The notes under the pieces were generated by a model. The model searched no databases, was not told the DNA's origin, and worked only from the letters and a program-made list of their open reading frames with translations. A stretch of 64,000 bases of DNA. Source: a virus (taxonomy: Duplodnaviria; Caudoviricetes). Shown piece after piece: positions 37,176-46,088 of this stretch; positions within the stretch are counted from its first letter, which is position 1; each line of letters opens with the position of its first letter. The position numbers and the translations under genes are program-made. Location of the stretch: positions 1-64,000 of IMG/VR virus record IMGVR_UViG_2974611271_000001, one strand, 5' to 3'.

Positions 37176-37792
37176 GTTTCCACGAGATCCGGTTCCCGAC
37201 AAGCATCTCCCGAGGATCAGAAGGTGGCCCCGTTCGACTGACGGACGTGGTCATCCTTCGCTCGGGTTTCGAGCGGCGCAACTCGATCTGGGCGAACGCG
37301 CGACGCAAGTATGACGCGGGCCTTGGGATCCGCAACGTCAACGACCTCTACGAAGCCTACGAGTTCTTCGAGGGTCGCGAGGGTCGTCTCTACGGGTTCC
37401 GCTGGAAGGACTGGCTCGACTACAAGTCCTGCAAGCCCAACGAGATGATCTCGGACACCGACCAGAACATCGGGACGGGCGACGGCTCGACGACGGTGTT
37501 CCAGCTCAAGAAGGCCTACGTGTCTGGATCCTCGACGATCTCGCGCGACGTGACCAAGCCGGTCGACGGCACTGTGGTCGTCGCTGTCAATGGAACGCCC
37601 ACCGCTGTCACGGTCGACCTGACCAACGGCGAAGTGACGTTCTCGTCCGCGCCCGCAGGTGGCGCAGCAATCACCGCTGGCTTCGAGTTCGACGTGCCTG
37701 TCCGCTTCGACCAAGACGAGTTCATGGTCAACCTGGAGCACTTCGACGCAGGCGCCGTGCCCGACCTGAAAGTGATCGAGATCCGAGTATGA
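37172..37792 (+). CDS. distal tail protein DUF2460 (RcGTA g12-like)
   Basis: MSFHEIRFP, GFRWKDW.D, AGFEFDVPVRFD. Confidence 0.92.
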   Translation: MSFHEIRFPTSISRGSEGGPVRLTDVVILRSGFERRNSIWANARRKYDAGLGIRNVNDLYEAYEFFEGREGRLYGFRWKDWLDYKSCKPNEMISDTDQNIGTGDGSTTVFQLKKAYVSGSSTISRDVTKPVDGTVVVAVNGTPTAVTVDLTNGEVTFSSAPAGGAAITAGFEFDVPVRFDQDEFMVNLEHFDAGAVPDLKVIEIRV

Positions 37793-38670
37793 AGAACCTT
37801 TCCGCAGCCATGATCTCCGCCCTTGGTGAAGAGGCGTCCAAGCTGTGCTACTGCTGGCGCATCGAGCGCACGGATGGCACGGTCGTCGGTTTCACCGAGC
37901 ATGACAAGGACCTGACGTTCGATTCCGTGACCTATACGGCCGCGGATGGCATCCAGGCGACCACAATCGTCCAGTCGCTCGGGCTGGCCGTTGACAACCT
38001 GAACCTCGAAGGCGCCATCTCGTCGTCGTCGCTGAATGAGGACGACCTGGACAACGGGCTCTACGACGACGCCGAAGTGACGCTCTATCTCGTCGACTGG
38101 TCCGACGTGTCAACGCGCATGACCATCGCCCGCGGCTCGGTCGGTGAAGTGAAGCGGTTCGAGACGGCCTTCTCGACGGAATTCCGCTCCCTTGCGCATC
38201 GACTGAACCAGAAGACGGGACGCGTGTACCAGCGCTACTGCGACGCCAACCTCGGAGACGCGCGCTGCGGGCGCGACGTGAGTGGTTCGACGTTCACACT
38301 GTCGTCGGGGGCGGTGACCGCGTCTGACGGGCGTCTGCTCACTGTCACGGGCGCTGATGGTTACACAGGCGGCTGGTTTGACCGCGGCCTGCTCACGGTG
38401 CTGTCGGGATCGGCGTCAGGCGCGATTCTCGAGATCAAAGAGCACTCGGGCACCACCATCGAACTGTGGACGCCGCCCCCGACCGCGATTGCGGTCAGCG
38501 ACACGGTCAAGCTGGTGGCTGGGTGCGACAAGTCCTATACCACCTGCAAGGACAAATTCTCGAACGGCACCAACTTCCGCGGATGCCCGTTCATCCCGGG
38601 CAACGACATTCTGACCTGGCTCGCCAATCCGGGAGACGACGTCTACGACGGTGGGAGCCTGTTCGAATGA
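37789..38670 (+). CDS. baseplate hub DUF2163 (RcGTA g13-like)
   Basis: CWRIERTDG..GFTEHD, CDANLGDARC, GCDK...C..KF.N..NFRG.PFIPGND. Confidence 0.92.
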   Translation: MKNLSAAMISALGEEASKLCYCWRIERTDGTVVGFTEHDKDLTFDSVTYTAADGIQATTIVQSLGLAVDNLNLEGAISSSSLNEDDLDNGLYDDAEVTLYLVDWSDVSTRMTIARGSVGEVKRFETAFSTEFRSLAHRLNQKTGRVYQRYCDANLGDARCGRDVSGSTFTLSSGAVTASDGRLLTVTGADGYTGGWFDRGLLTVLSGSASGAILEIKEHSGTTIELWTPPPTAIAVSDTVKLVAGCDKSYTTCKDKFSNGTNFRGCPFIPGNDILTWLANPGDDVYDGGSLFE

Positions 38671-39086
38671 TCGTGGTCGAGAAAGCGCGATCTTGGATTG
38701 GCACGCCCTACCGTCACCAGCAGAAGGTCAAAGGCGCGGGTTGCGACTGCCTCGGCCTGCTGCGCGGCGTCTACGAAGAAGTCACGGGCCTGCTTTCGGA
38801 GAAGCCGCCGCCCTACACGCCTTCCTGGGGCGAAGCGCAAGGGCAGGAGCTCATGCTCGCTGCTGCCGCGAAGTACCTGGTTCCCGCGACCGAGATCGAG
38901 CCGGGTGCTGTCCTCGTGTTCAGGATGAAACCAGGTGCAGTTGCAAAACACTGTAGCATCGTGACGGAAAAGGATGCCATGGTGCACGCGCACATCCGCC
39001 GCGGCGTCGTCGAGGAGTTCCTCGTTCCTTACTGGACGCGTCGCATCGCGGGCATCTTTAAGTTCCCGGAGGACGCTATTGGCTAA
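38667..39086 (+). CDS. NlpC/P60 peptidase (RcGTA g14-like)
   Basis: ARSWIGTPYRHQ..G.GCDCLGL.RGV, AKHC. Confidence 0.92.
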   Translation: MIVVEKARSWIGTPYRHQQKVKGAGCDCLGLLRGVYEEVTGLLSEKPPPYTPSWGEAQGQELMLAAAAKYLVPATEIEPGAVLVFRMKPGAVAKHCSIVTEKDAMVHAHIRRGVVEEFLVPYWTRRIAGIFKFPEDAIG

Positions 39087-42000
39087 CCTTGTGATCCAGG
39101 CAGCGGTGACTGTCGCGCTCGGCGCAGCCTACCGCGCGTTGACGCCCGACACGATCATCCAGAACGAAGAAGCGCGGCTCGAAGAAGCCAAGATCACGTC
39201 CGCCTCCGAAGGCGCGACGATTGCGCAGTTGTGGGGTCGTCAGCGCGTTCCTGGTCAGATCATCTGGGCAACCAAATTCCGCGAGGTCGTCGAGGTCGAG
39301 ACGGAGACGCAGAGTGGCGGTAAAGGCGGTGGCCCGGACATCGTCACCGAGACGACGACCTACCGGTACTTCCAATCGTTCGCGGTCGGCCTGTGTGAAG
39401 CGAACGGCGCGCGGATCCGCGTCGGGCGTATCTGGGCAGATGGCGTTGAACTCGACCAGTCGGCCTACACCATCAGGTTCTACGACGGCAGCGAGACGCA
39501 GTCGCCCGACTCGGCAATCGTCGCGACGGAAGGCGACGCGCCTGCGTTCCGCGGGCTGGCCTACCTGGTGTTCGACGACTTCGAGGTCTCGGATCATGGC
39601 AACCGCATCCCGCAGATCACCGTCGAGGTGACGCGCTCCTTGGACGACGATCCCGACCGCATCGAAGAGAAGCTCGAGGCCGTGACGATGATCCCGGGCG
39701 CCAACGAGTTCATCTATGGGACGCGCACCTACTACACGGGCGGCGGTGAGAACAGCTCCACCGAGAACGTGTCTCAGGTGCCCGACACCCCTGACTTGAA
39801 GGTCTCGCTCGATCAACTCGAGGACGACGTGACCAACATCGCCTCGGTGGAGCTCGTCGTGTCGTGGTTCGGCACTGACCTGCGCTGTGGCAACTGCGAA
39901 GTCAAGCCCAAGGTTGACTTCAAGGAAAAGACGGTCAAGCCAGTCGACTGGCGCGTCGCGACCGAGACGCGCTCGTCTGCTGACCTCGTGAGCGAGTACG
40001 AATCTGGCAAGGTGGCTTTCGGTGGCACGCCTGCAGACGTCACTGTGCGCGAGGCTCTGACCGAGATCAAAGGCCGCGGGCATCGCGCTGTCTTCTATCC
40101 GTTCATCATGATGGACATCGAGAACGGCAACTCGCTCCCCAACCCGTATTCCGACAACGCTGCGACGACGGGTCAACCAGTCTACCCGTGGCGCGGCCGG
40201 ATCACCTGCTCCCCAGCCGCGGGTTACGTGGGATCCCCGGACAAGACGGCAGCAGCCGGGACGCAGGTCGCGTCCTTCGTCGGCACGGCAGCAGCCGGCG
40301 ACTTCGGCACCTGGAATGGGACCAACGTCCCCTACACGGGTCCCAGCGAGTGGTCGTTCCGCCGGATGGTCTTGCACTACGCGCACCTGTGCAAGGACAT
40401 CCTCGCCTCGGGAGACGCGTTCATCATCGGCACCGAGATGGTCGGAATGACGACCGTCCGCGATTCCGCGTCGAACTACCCCTTCGTCAATGCGCTGGTC
40501 ACCCTGCTTGCAGACGTCAAGTCGATCCTGCCCTCGGGCGTGGACGTGTCTTACGCGGCTGACTGGTCGGAATACCACTCACATCGCCCGAGCGATGGCT
40601 CAGGGGACGTCTATTTCAACATGGACCCGCTTTGGGCGGTGTGCGACTTTATCGGGATCGACAACTACCTGCCGCTGACTGACTGGCGCACGGCTGACGA
40701 GTACGACTACCGGCTCGACACGCTCATGGACGGCGTTGAAGGAGGCGAGTACTACGACTACTTCTACGCGTCGGATGCTGATCGGGACGCCAACACGCGC
40801 TCGACCATCGTCGATGGTCTCTACTCGATCTCGGGACTCGCAATCGACGACACGATTTCTCCTTCGACAAACGGGACTTCGTATAATCCGAGCATCCGGC
40901 AGAATAACGTTTCGTTTAGCTGCCGCGTGCGACTGCCATCGACACCGGCCGAAGGCGTCCTGTATAAGCAAGGCGGTCCGTCGCTTGGTTGCTGTGTTGT
41001 CCTGCGAGACTCTGGTAGCACGTTGCGTCTGCGGTCCGGCGACGGCGGAGCGTTGGGCGCTTCTACAAGTGACACGGTCGTTCTCGACGTTGACACGTCA
41101 ACTCTGCCCATGGACGGTGAGCTTCACACCATCGCCTGGGATTTCCGCGTAAACCCCGGGCGCGTGCGACTGTGGATTGACGGCGTGTTAATCGGTACCG
41201 AGAACACAACAGGTAGTGGCGCGCTCGACGGTAACGTCTGGTGCGGAACAAACGACTACGGCTACCTTGACGACTTCGGTGACGACGGGATGACCGGTGA
41301 ACCCGTTGGAGCTTGGCCTGATACAACTGGAGCGGAAGATCTTCTCGTCTACCAAGGCGAACTGATCGACGATGCAGGGCCCGTCTACGAGCACTGGATC
41401 TACCGCCAGAAGGACATGCGCAACTGGTGGCTGCATGATCACTTCGACCGCCCGGGCGGGACGCGCGACACGTCGAGCACGTCCTTCACTCCTGGGTCGA
41501 AGCCGATCTGGTTCACCGAGTTCGGCTGCGCGGCAATCGACAAGGGCGCTAACCAGCCGAACGTGTTCCTGGACCCGAAGTCGTCGGAGTCCTTCACGCC
41601 GCACTTCTCGACGGGTGCTCGCGACGACCTGATCCAGCGACGCTACGCCGAGGCGTGGATCAAGTACTGGGCCGCGAACTCGCCCTCGGGCATGATCAGC
41701 ACCGCGGATATGTTCGCCTGGACGTGGGACGCGCGACCGTTCCCGAACTACCCCTATGGCAACTGGGGCGACCGCGACAACTGGCGGCAGGGTCACTGGC
41801 TGAACGGGCGTTTAAACGTCATGTACTTGAAGGACGTCTGCCGCGACCTCGGGTCGATGGTTGGCTTGACCGACGATGACTTCGACTTCACCGGCCTCGA
41901 GAAGTTCCCCGTCCTCGTCCGCGGGCACCTGTCCACAACGATGAAGTCACCGCGCGAGGTGATCGAAGAGCTTGCCATGCTGAACCATGCGAGCATCCTC

Positions 42001-43473
42001 GAGTCGGAGGGCCTTATCAAGGTGCTTCGCAAGCGCCTCGCTGACCGCGTCGATCTGTCCGCTGACGACCTCATCTCGACGAGCAACAACCCGGGCGGGT
42101 TCGAGATCGTCACGGCGCAGGAGACAGAGGTCCCGCGCGAGGTCACGATCACCTTCTCGAACGAGTCGAACGCGTTCCAATCGGCATCTGCCAACGGCAA
42201 GCGGCAGACAGGCAACTCCCAGCTCGTCCAGGACATCCGTTCCTCGACCGTGATCGAACCCGAGGAGGCACGCAACATCTGCGAGGAGCTGCTCAACGAG
42301 CGCGTGATCGGTCGTCAGACGTTCAAGGGTTCCTTCCCGCGAGACATCCTTCGCTACGACCCGGGCGACCTGTTCGGGATCACGTTGCGCGGGCGAGACG
42401 CCGACTTCAAGATCGCGGAGCTGACCATCGGCTCGGACGTGCAGGTTGAGGCGACGCGCTGCGACAAGACGATCTACACGCCGCGCTCTGTCATTGCGCC
42501 CCTGCCCACGACGGGATCAGGCATCTCGACCCCTGGCTCTGCCCTCGTCGAGTTCATCGACATTCCGCTGCTCACCGCAGCCAGCCTGCGCCCTTGGGCG
42601 CCGCGTGTCGTCGCATTCCAGAACCCGTGGCCTGGCGGCGTTGTCATCTACCAGGACGACGGGTCGGGCGGCTACTCCGAGATCAACCGCCTCACAACGC
42701 CCGCAACGATGGGCGAGACGGTCGACGTGTTCACCGCGGGCCCTGTCGCTAAGTGGGACAACGAGTCGACCCTCGCTGTGTCGTTCTACGCGCCCACGAC
42801 GAGCATCCTGTCGCTGTCTGAGACGTCTGTGCTCAACGGCTCGAACACCATCGCCGTGCAGACGTCGAAGGGCTGGGAGCTTGTGCAGTTCCGCACCGCG
42901 ACGCTGCAAGGAGACGGGTCGTATCACCTGACGGGCCTGCTGCGCGGTCAGAATGGCACCGAGTACGCCATGGACACGTCGCTCGCTGCTGGTGCGCGGG
43001 TCGTGTTCATCAACGCGGCGTGGGGATCGCTCAACATGACGCAGGGCCAGATCGGCATCGAGAAGGACTACCGCTACGGGCCTGCAGGTATCGCGGTCGG
43101 AGATGATCGCTACCAAGATGAGACCTATACCCCGAGCGGACGCTCGCTCATGCCGTTCTCGCCTGTTCACCTCAAGCGCAAGACGTCGGGAACCGACCAC
43201 GTCCTGCAGTGGATCCGGCGGTCGCGCATCAACGCAGACACCTGGGATGGTACTGTTCCGCTGAACGAGGAGACAGAAGCCTACGAGGTGGACATCTACG
43301 ACGGCTCGTCCGTCGTGCGAACCATCGAAGTTGCGGGAACCAACTCGGTCACGTATACTGCCGCGCAACAGACGGCTGACTTCGGGAGCACGCAATCGCG
43401 CCTCAAGTTCACCGTCTACCAGATCTCGGCCGCTGTGGGCCGTGGCGAAGGAGCCACCTATGACGACACCTAA
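39079..43473 (+). CDS. baseplate megatron / host-specificity protein (RcGTA g15-like, GTA TIM-barrel)
   Basis: GQIIWAT, RIWADG, PAFRGLAY, YPWRGRIT, YAADWSEY, KPIWFTEFGC.AIDKG.NQPNVF.DPKSSES; TTG start inferred. Confidence 0.92.
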   Translation: MANLVIQAAVTVALGAAYRALTPDTIIQNEEARLEEAKITSASEGATIAQLWGRQRVPGQIIWATKFREVVEVETETQSGGKGGGPDIVTETTTYRYFQSFAVGLCEANGARIRVGRIWADGVELDQSAYTIRFYDGSETQSPDSAIVATEGDAPAFRGLAYLVFDDFEVSDHGNRIPQITVEVTRSLDDDPDRIEEKLEAVTMIPGANEFIYGTRTYYTGGGENSSTENVSQVPDTPDLKVSLDQLEDDVTNIASVELVVSWFGTDLRCGNCEVKPKVDFKEKTVKPVDWRVATETRSSADLVSEYESGKVAFGGTPADVTVREALTEIKGRGHRAVFYPFIMMDIENGNSLPNPYSDNAATTGQPVYPWRGRITCSPAAGYVGSPDKTAAAGTQVASFVGTAAAGDFGTWNGTNVPYTGPSEWSFRRMVLHYAHLCKDILASGDAFIIGTEMVGMTTVRDSASNYPFVNALVTLLADVKSILPSGVDVSYAADWSEYHSHRPSDGSGDVYFNMDPLWAVCDFIGIDNYLPLTDWRTADEYDYRLDTLMDGVEGGEYYDYFYASDADRDANTRSTIVDGLYSISGLAIDDTISPSTNGTSYNPSIRQNNVSFSCRVRLPSTPAEGVLYKQGGPSLGCCVVLRDSGSTLRLRSGDGGALGASTSDTVVLDVDTSTLPMDGELHTIAWDFRVNPGRVRLWIDGVLIGTENTTGSGALDGNVWCGTNDYGYLDDFGDDGMTGEPVGAWPDTTGAEDLLVYQGELIDDAGPVYEHWIYRQKDMRNWWLHDHFDRPGGTRDTSSTSFTPGSKPIWFTEFGCAAIDKGANQPNVFLDPKSSESFTPHFSTGARDDLIQRRYAEAWIKYWAANSPSGMISTADMFAWTWDARPFPNYPYGNWGDRDNWRQGHWLNGRLNVMYLKDVCRDLGSMVGLTDDDFDFTGLEKFPVLVRGHLSTTMKSPREVIEELAMLNHASILESEGLIKVLRKRLADRVDLSADDLISTSNNPGGFEIVTAQETEVPREVTITFSNESNAFQSASANGKRQTGNSQLVQDIRSSTVIEPEEARNICEELLNERVIGRQTFKGSFPRDILRYDPGDLFGITLRGRDADFKIAELTIGSDVQVEATRCDKTIYTPRSVIAPLPTTGSGISTPGSALVEFIDIPLLTAASLRPWAPRVVAFQNPWPGGVVIYQDDGSGGYSEINRLTTPATMGETVDVFTAGPVAKWDNESTLAVSFYAPTTSILSLSETSVLNGSNTIAVQTSKGWELVQFRTATLQGDGSYHLTGLLRGQNGTEYAMDTSLAAGARVVFINAAWGSLNMTQGQIGIEKDYRYGPAGIAVGDDRYQDETYTPSGRSLMPFSPVHLKRKTSGTDHVLQWIRRSRINADTWDGTVPLNEETEAYEVDIYDGSSVVRTIEVAGTNSVTYTAAQQTADFGSTQSRLKFTVYQISAAVGRGEGATYDDT

Positions 43474-44173
43474 TTTCTCGATCCCTGAGATCCAGAGCAA
43501 CCAGGCGCAGAAACACGTCACTGCCAACGAAGCCTTCACCGTGATCGACGCGGCGATGGACAGGACCGTCGTGAGCGCAGCAGTCTCGACGCCTCCCGGG
43601 TCGCCCAGCGAGGGAGACAAGTACATCGTCGCTTCGGGTGCAACGGGCGACTGGTCGGGCAACGTCGGCAGCGTGGCCTGCTACATCGACGCGACCTGGA
43701 TCTTCTTCACGCCGAAGGAGGGCTGGGAGTACTACGACCTCAACACGTCGACCATGCTGCGCTACACGGGCAGCGCGTGGGAGGAGGCGCCTGTCGGTTC
43801 CTTCCTGAGCCTGACCGCGAATGGTGCAGGGGTCAAGCTGTCCTCAATCGAGGAGGAGCTGACTTCGCTGTCCGGCGCGACCGTCACGTCGTCCGCAGCC
43901 TTCCCGAACCAGAGCCTGATGCTCAGCGTCTCGCTGCGCGTCACCACGTCGATCACTGGCGCGACCTCGTTCGATTGCGGGGACTCTGGCAGCGCGTCGC
44001 GCTTCGGCGGGTCGCTCGGTATCACGGCGGGGACGACGAACCAGGGGACAATCGGCCCGACCGGCAACTACGCCAGCACGCCGGTGGTTTTGACCGCGAA
44101 CGGCGGCAACTTCACAGGCGGGGACGTGCGCATCGCGCTGCACTACCTCGAGTTCATCGCACCCACGTCGTAG
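43460..44173 (+). CDS. DUF2793 tail fibre protein
   Basis: TPNF.IP.I...QAQKHVT.NEA...ID; PPGSP.EGD.YIV...ATGDW.G. Confidence 0.88.
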   Translation: MTTPNFSIPEIQSNQAQKHVTANEAFTVIDAAMDRTVVSAAVSTPPGSPSEGDKYIVASGATGDWSGNVGSVACYIDATWIFFTPKEGWEYYDLNTSTMLRYTGSAWEEAPVGSFLSLTANGAGVKLSSIEEELTSLSGATVTSSAAFPNQSLMLSVSLRVTTSITGATSFDCGDSGSASRFGGSLGITAGTTNQGTIGPTGNYASTPVVLTANGGNFTGGDVRIALHYLEFIAPTS

Positions 44174-44182
44174 GAGACGACC

Positions 44183-44578
44183 ATGTTCTTCACCGGATTC
44201 CTCGCGCGCTTCGCAATCGGCCAGACAGTTGGGCGCGTCGCTTCGCGTCTACCCTGGCAAATCTGGGCAGCTCTGGGCATCGCGGTGGTCTTGGGCATCA
44301 CGGCATGGCAGATCAACGACCGCGCGTATGACCGCGGTTTCGCTGAGGCTGAGCGTCAATGGCAAGAGCGCCTCGAAGCGGAGCTCGAACGCCAGGACGC
44401 CGCGAACCGTGAGGCACTTCGTCTCGCCCAAGAAGAAATCGACCGTTTGACCGAAGCAAAGGAGGTGCGAGATGCAACGATTGCTCGCCTTATCGAAGAG
44501 GCCCGGCAGGATCCTGATGCTGATCGGCCTGCCGTTTCTGCTCCTGGGGTGCGCCGCCTCAATTCAGTACTCGACTGA
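44183..44578 (+). CDS. i-spanin (Rz-like)
   Basis: N-terminal TM then coiled coil; overlapped by a lipoprotein ORF. Confidence 0.7.
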   Translation: MFFTGFLARFAIGQTVGRVASRLPWQIWAALGIAVVLGITAWQINDRAYDRGFAEAERQWQERLEAELERQDAANREALRLAQEEIDRLTEAKEVRDATIARLIEEARQDPDADRPAVSAPGVRRLNSVLD

Positions 44579-44780
44579 GCCGCCGCGTCTCTCTGATGCG
44601 CCTGCCGCGCTGGCCGCGCGATGCGCGACGCCTGTCCGCTTGCTTGAGCGCGAGTTGACGCAGGCAGAAGTCGAGGAATACTGGTTGCGGGATCGCCAAG
44701 CACTGATCGAGTGCGGCGTGTCGAAAGATGCGCTGCTGCAGTATTATCAGAATCGGGACGCGCTGCTCAGGGGCCAGTAG
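44472..44780 (+). CDS. o-spanin (Rz1-like lipoprotein); start may be 44517
   Basis: Lipobox LLLGC; P..L...C..P; W..DR.AL.EC. Confidence 0.7.
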   Translation: MQRLLALSKRPGRILMLIGLPFLLLGCAASIQYSTEPPRLSDAPAALAARCATPVRLLERELTQAEVEEYWLRDRQALIECGVSKDALLQYYQNRDALLRGQ

Positions 44781-44964
44781 ACGGCTTCTGCTCGCGCAGC
44801 TTCCTCAACGCAGCATCAAGGAGGACCTCGACATGCTCGGGAATACGCTGCCGCCCATTGCGGTAATTCGAGATTGACTGCGCGGTCTTGCGCAGGTGAC
44901 CGGCCATTTTCTCGTTTGTCCAGCCCAGCGCAGACTGCTTTCGTTTGAATTCTTCAGGAGTCAT
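44767..44964 (-). CDS. small XRE-family HTH regulator
   Basis: MTPEEFK.....LGWT...MA..L......ISNY..G...IP; GAGG SD. Confidence 0.75.
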   Translation of the reverse strand: MTPEEFKRKQSALGWTNEKMAGHLRKTAQSISNYRNGRQRIPEHVEVLLDAALRKLREQKPSTGP

Positions 44965-44995
44965 CGAACCCTCACAATTGCGTTCTAGAACTAGC

Positions 44996-45008
44996 ATAAG
45001 CGACTTAT
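44996..45008. promoter_or_regulatory. ATAAGCGACTTAT operator upstream of the HTH gene
   Basis: Exact consensus copy 31 bp from the HTH start. Confidence 0.6.
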
Positions 45009-45052
45009 AGTGACGAGCGGCAAAAACAGAACCCGCGACGAGTCTCACCCTC

Positions 45053-45196
45053 TATAGATCATAGACAAAATTGCTCCCTCTTTTTCACCGCCAGACCGTT
45101 GTGTCGTGTGTGCCGCGTGTGCCGCAGTACCATATTCATAGATCATTCGAGGATCGTATCTCAAAAAAGGCTACGATTTACTCCATGATCTCTATA
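45053..45196. repeat. non-coding repeat locus B (sister of 5003-5232)
   Basis: TATAGATCATAGACAAAAT..TCCCT.TTTT..CCGC, GTGTG-rich repeats, degenerate inverted arm near 45183-45195. Confidence 0.7.
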
Positions 45197-45233
45197 TCTC
45201 TGGTTCATCAACGCTCAACGGAGATCGGAATTT

Positions 45234-46088
45234 ATGACATCGCTCATCTGGCAACCTGACGTTTTTGCAATCGGCCAAACGCAGTGGAACGTCGATGACT
45301 TCCACGCCTGGATCGGACACAACGGCTTTCAGAACCACACCGTCGTCGCTTCCGAAGGCGGATCGACACCCCTCGGCAACCTCTGGCTGGACGTCGAGGA
45401 AGACGACGCCATCGAGCGCATGATCGAGTTCGGCGGTCGTCACTGCTATCGCGCATGGCAGTCGGGACGCGACCGCGCGTCCTACATCAAGAACATCATC
45501 GAGATGGAACATGGGTCGGTGCTCGAGCATTCGTCGATCAACTGGGCCGTGCAAGGCGTCAGCCGTTCGCTGTCGCTCGAACTCGCGCGCCATCGCGTCG
45601 GCATCGCACTGTCGCAGGAGTCGCAGCGCTACGTTGACGCGAAGGACATCGAGTTCGTCGTCCCACCCATGGTGCAGTATCTCGCCGGCGGTTCGTTGAA
45701 CGGCGCCGACATGATCCAGGCCTTCGCGGACGATTGCGCGGCTGCACGCGCGTCCTACATCGACCTGCAGGAGCGCATCGTCGCCCAGATCAAGGCGACC
45801 GAGCCCAACATCAAATCGCTGACCATGGTCAAGAAGCGCGCGAACGAGGCCGCGCGTGCGCACCTGCCGAACGCCGCCGAAACGCGCTTCTTGTGGACGA
45901 CCAACATGCGCCTCCTGCGTCACTTCCTCTGGCTGCGCGGCGGCAGCGGCGCCGACCTCGAGATCCGTCGCCTCGCGTGCTTCCTGCTCGGCTACGCGCA
46001 CGAGAAAGCGCCCGCCGTGTTCCACGACATGACGCTCTCGGTCAACGATGGCGCCTATGGCGTCCCGATCATCGTGTCCAATGCCTGA
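45234..46088 (+). CDS. thyX: flavin-dependent thymidylate synthase
   Basis: GR.CY, HGSVLEH, RHRVGIALSQESQRY, AAR..LPN, N.R...HF..LR. Confidence 0.93.
   Translation: MTSLIWQPDVFAIGQTQWNVDDFHAWIGHNGFQNHTVVASEGGSTPLGNLWLDVEEDDAIERMIEFGGRHCYRAWQSGRDRASYIKNIIEMEHGSVLEHSSINWAVQGVSRSLSLELARHRVGIALSQESQRYVDAKDIEFVVPPMVQYLAGGSLNGADMIQAFADDCAAARASYIDLQERIVAQIKATEPNIKSLTMVKKRANEAARAHLPNAAETRFLWTTNMRLLRHFLWLRGGSGADLEIRRLACFLLGYAHEKAPAVFHDMTLSVNDGAYGVPIIVSNA

Noticed and set aside
37172-43473. Interpreting the region as a host gene transfer agent
   Set aside because: Embedded among replication genes and a non-GTA head module; GTA-like tail tips are known in roseophages
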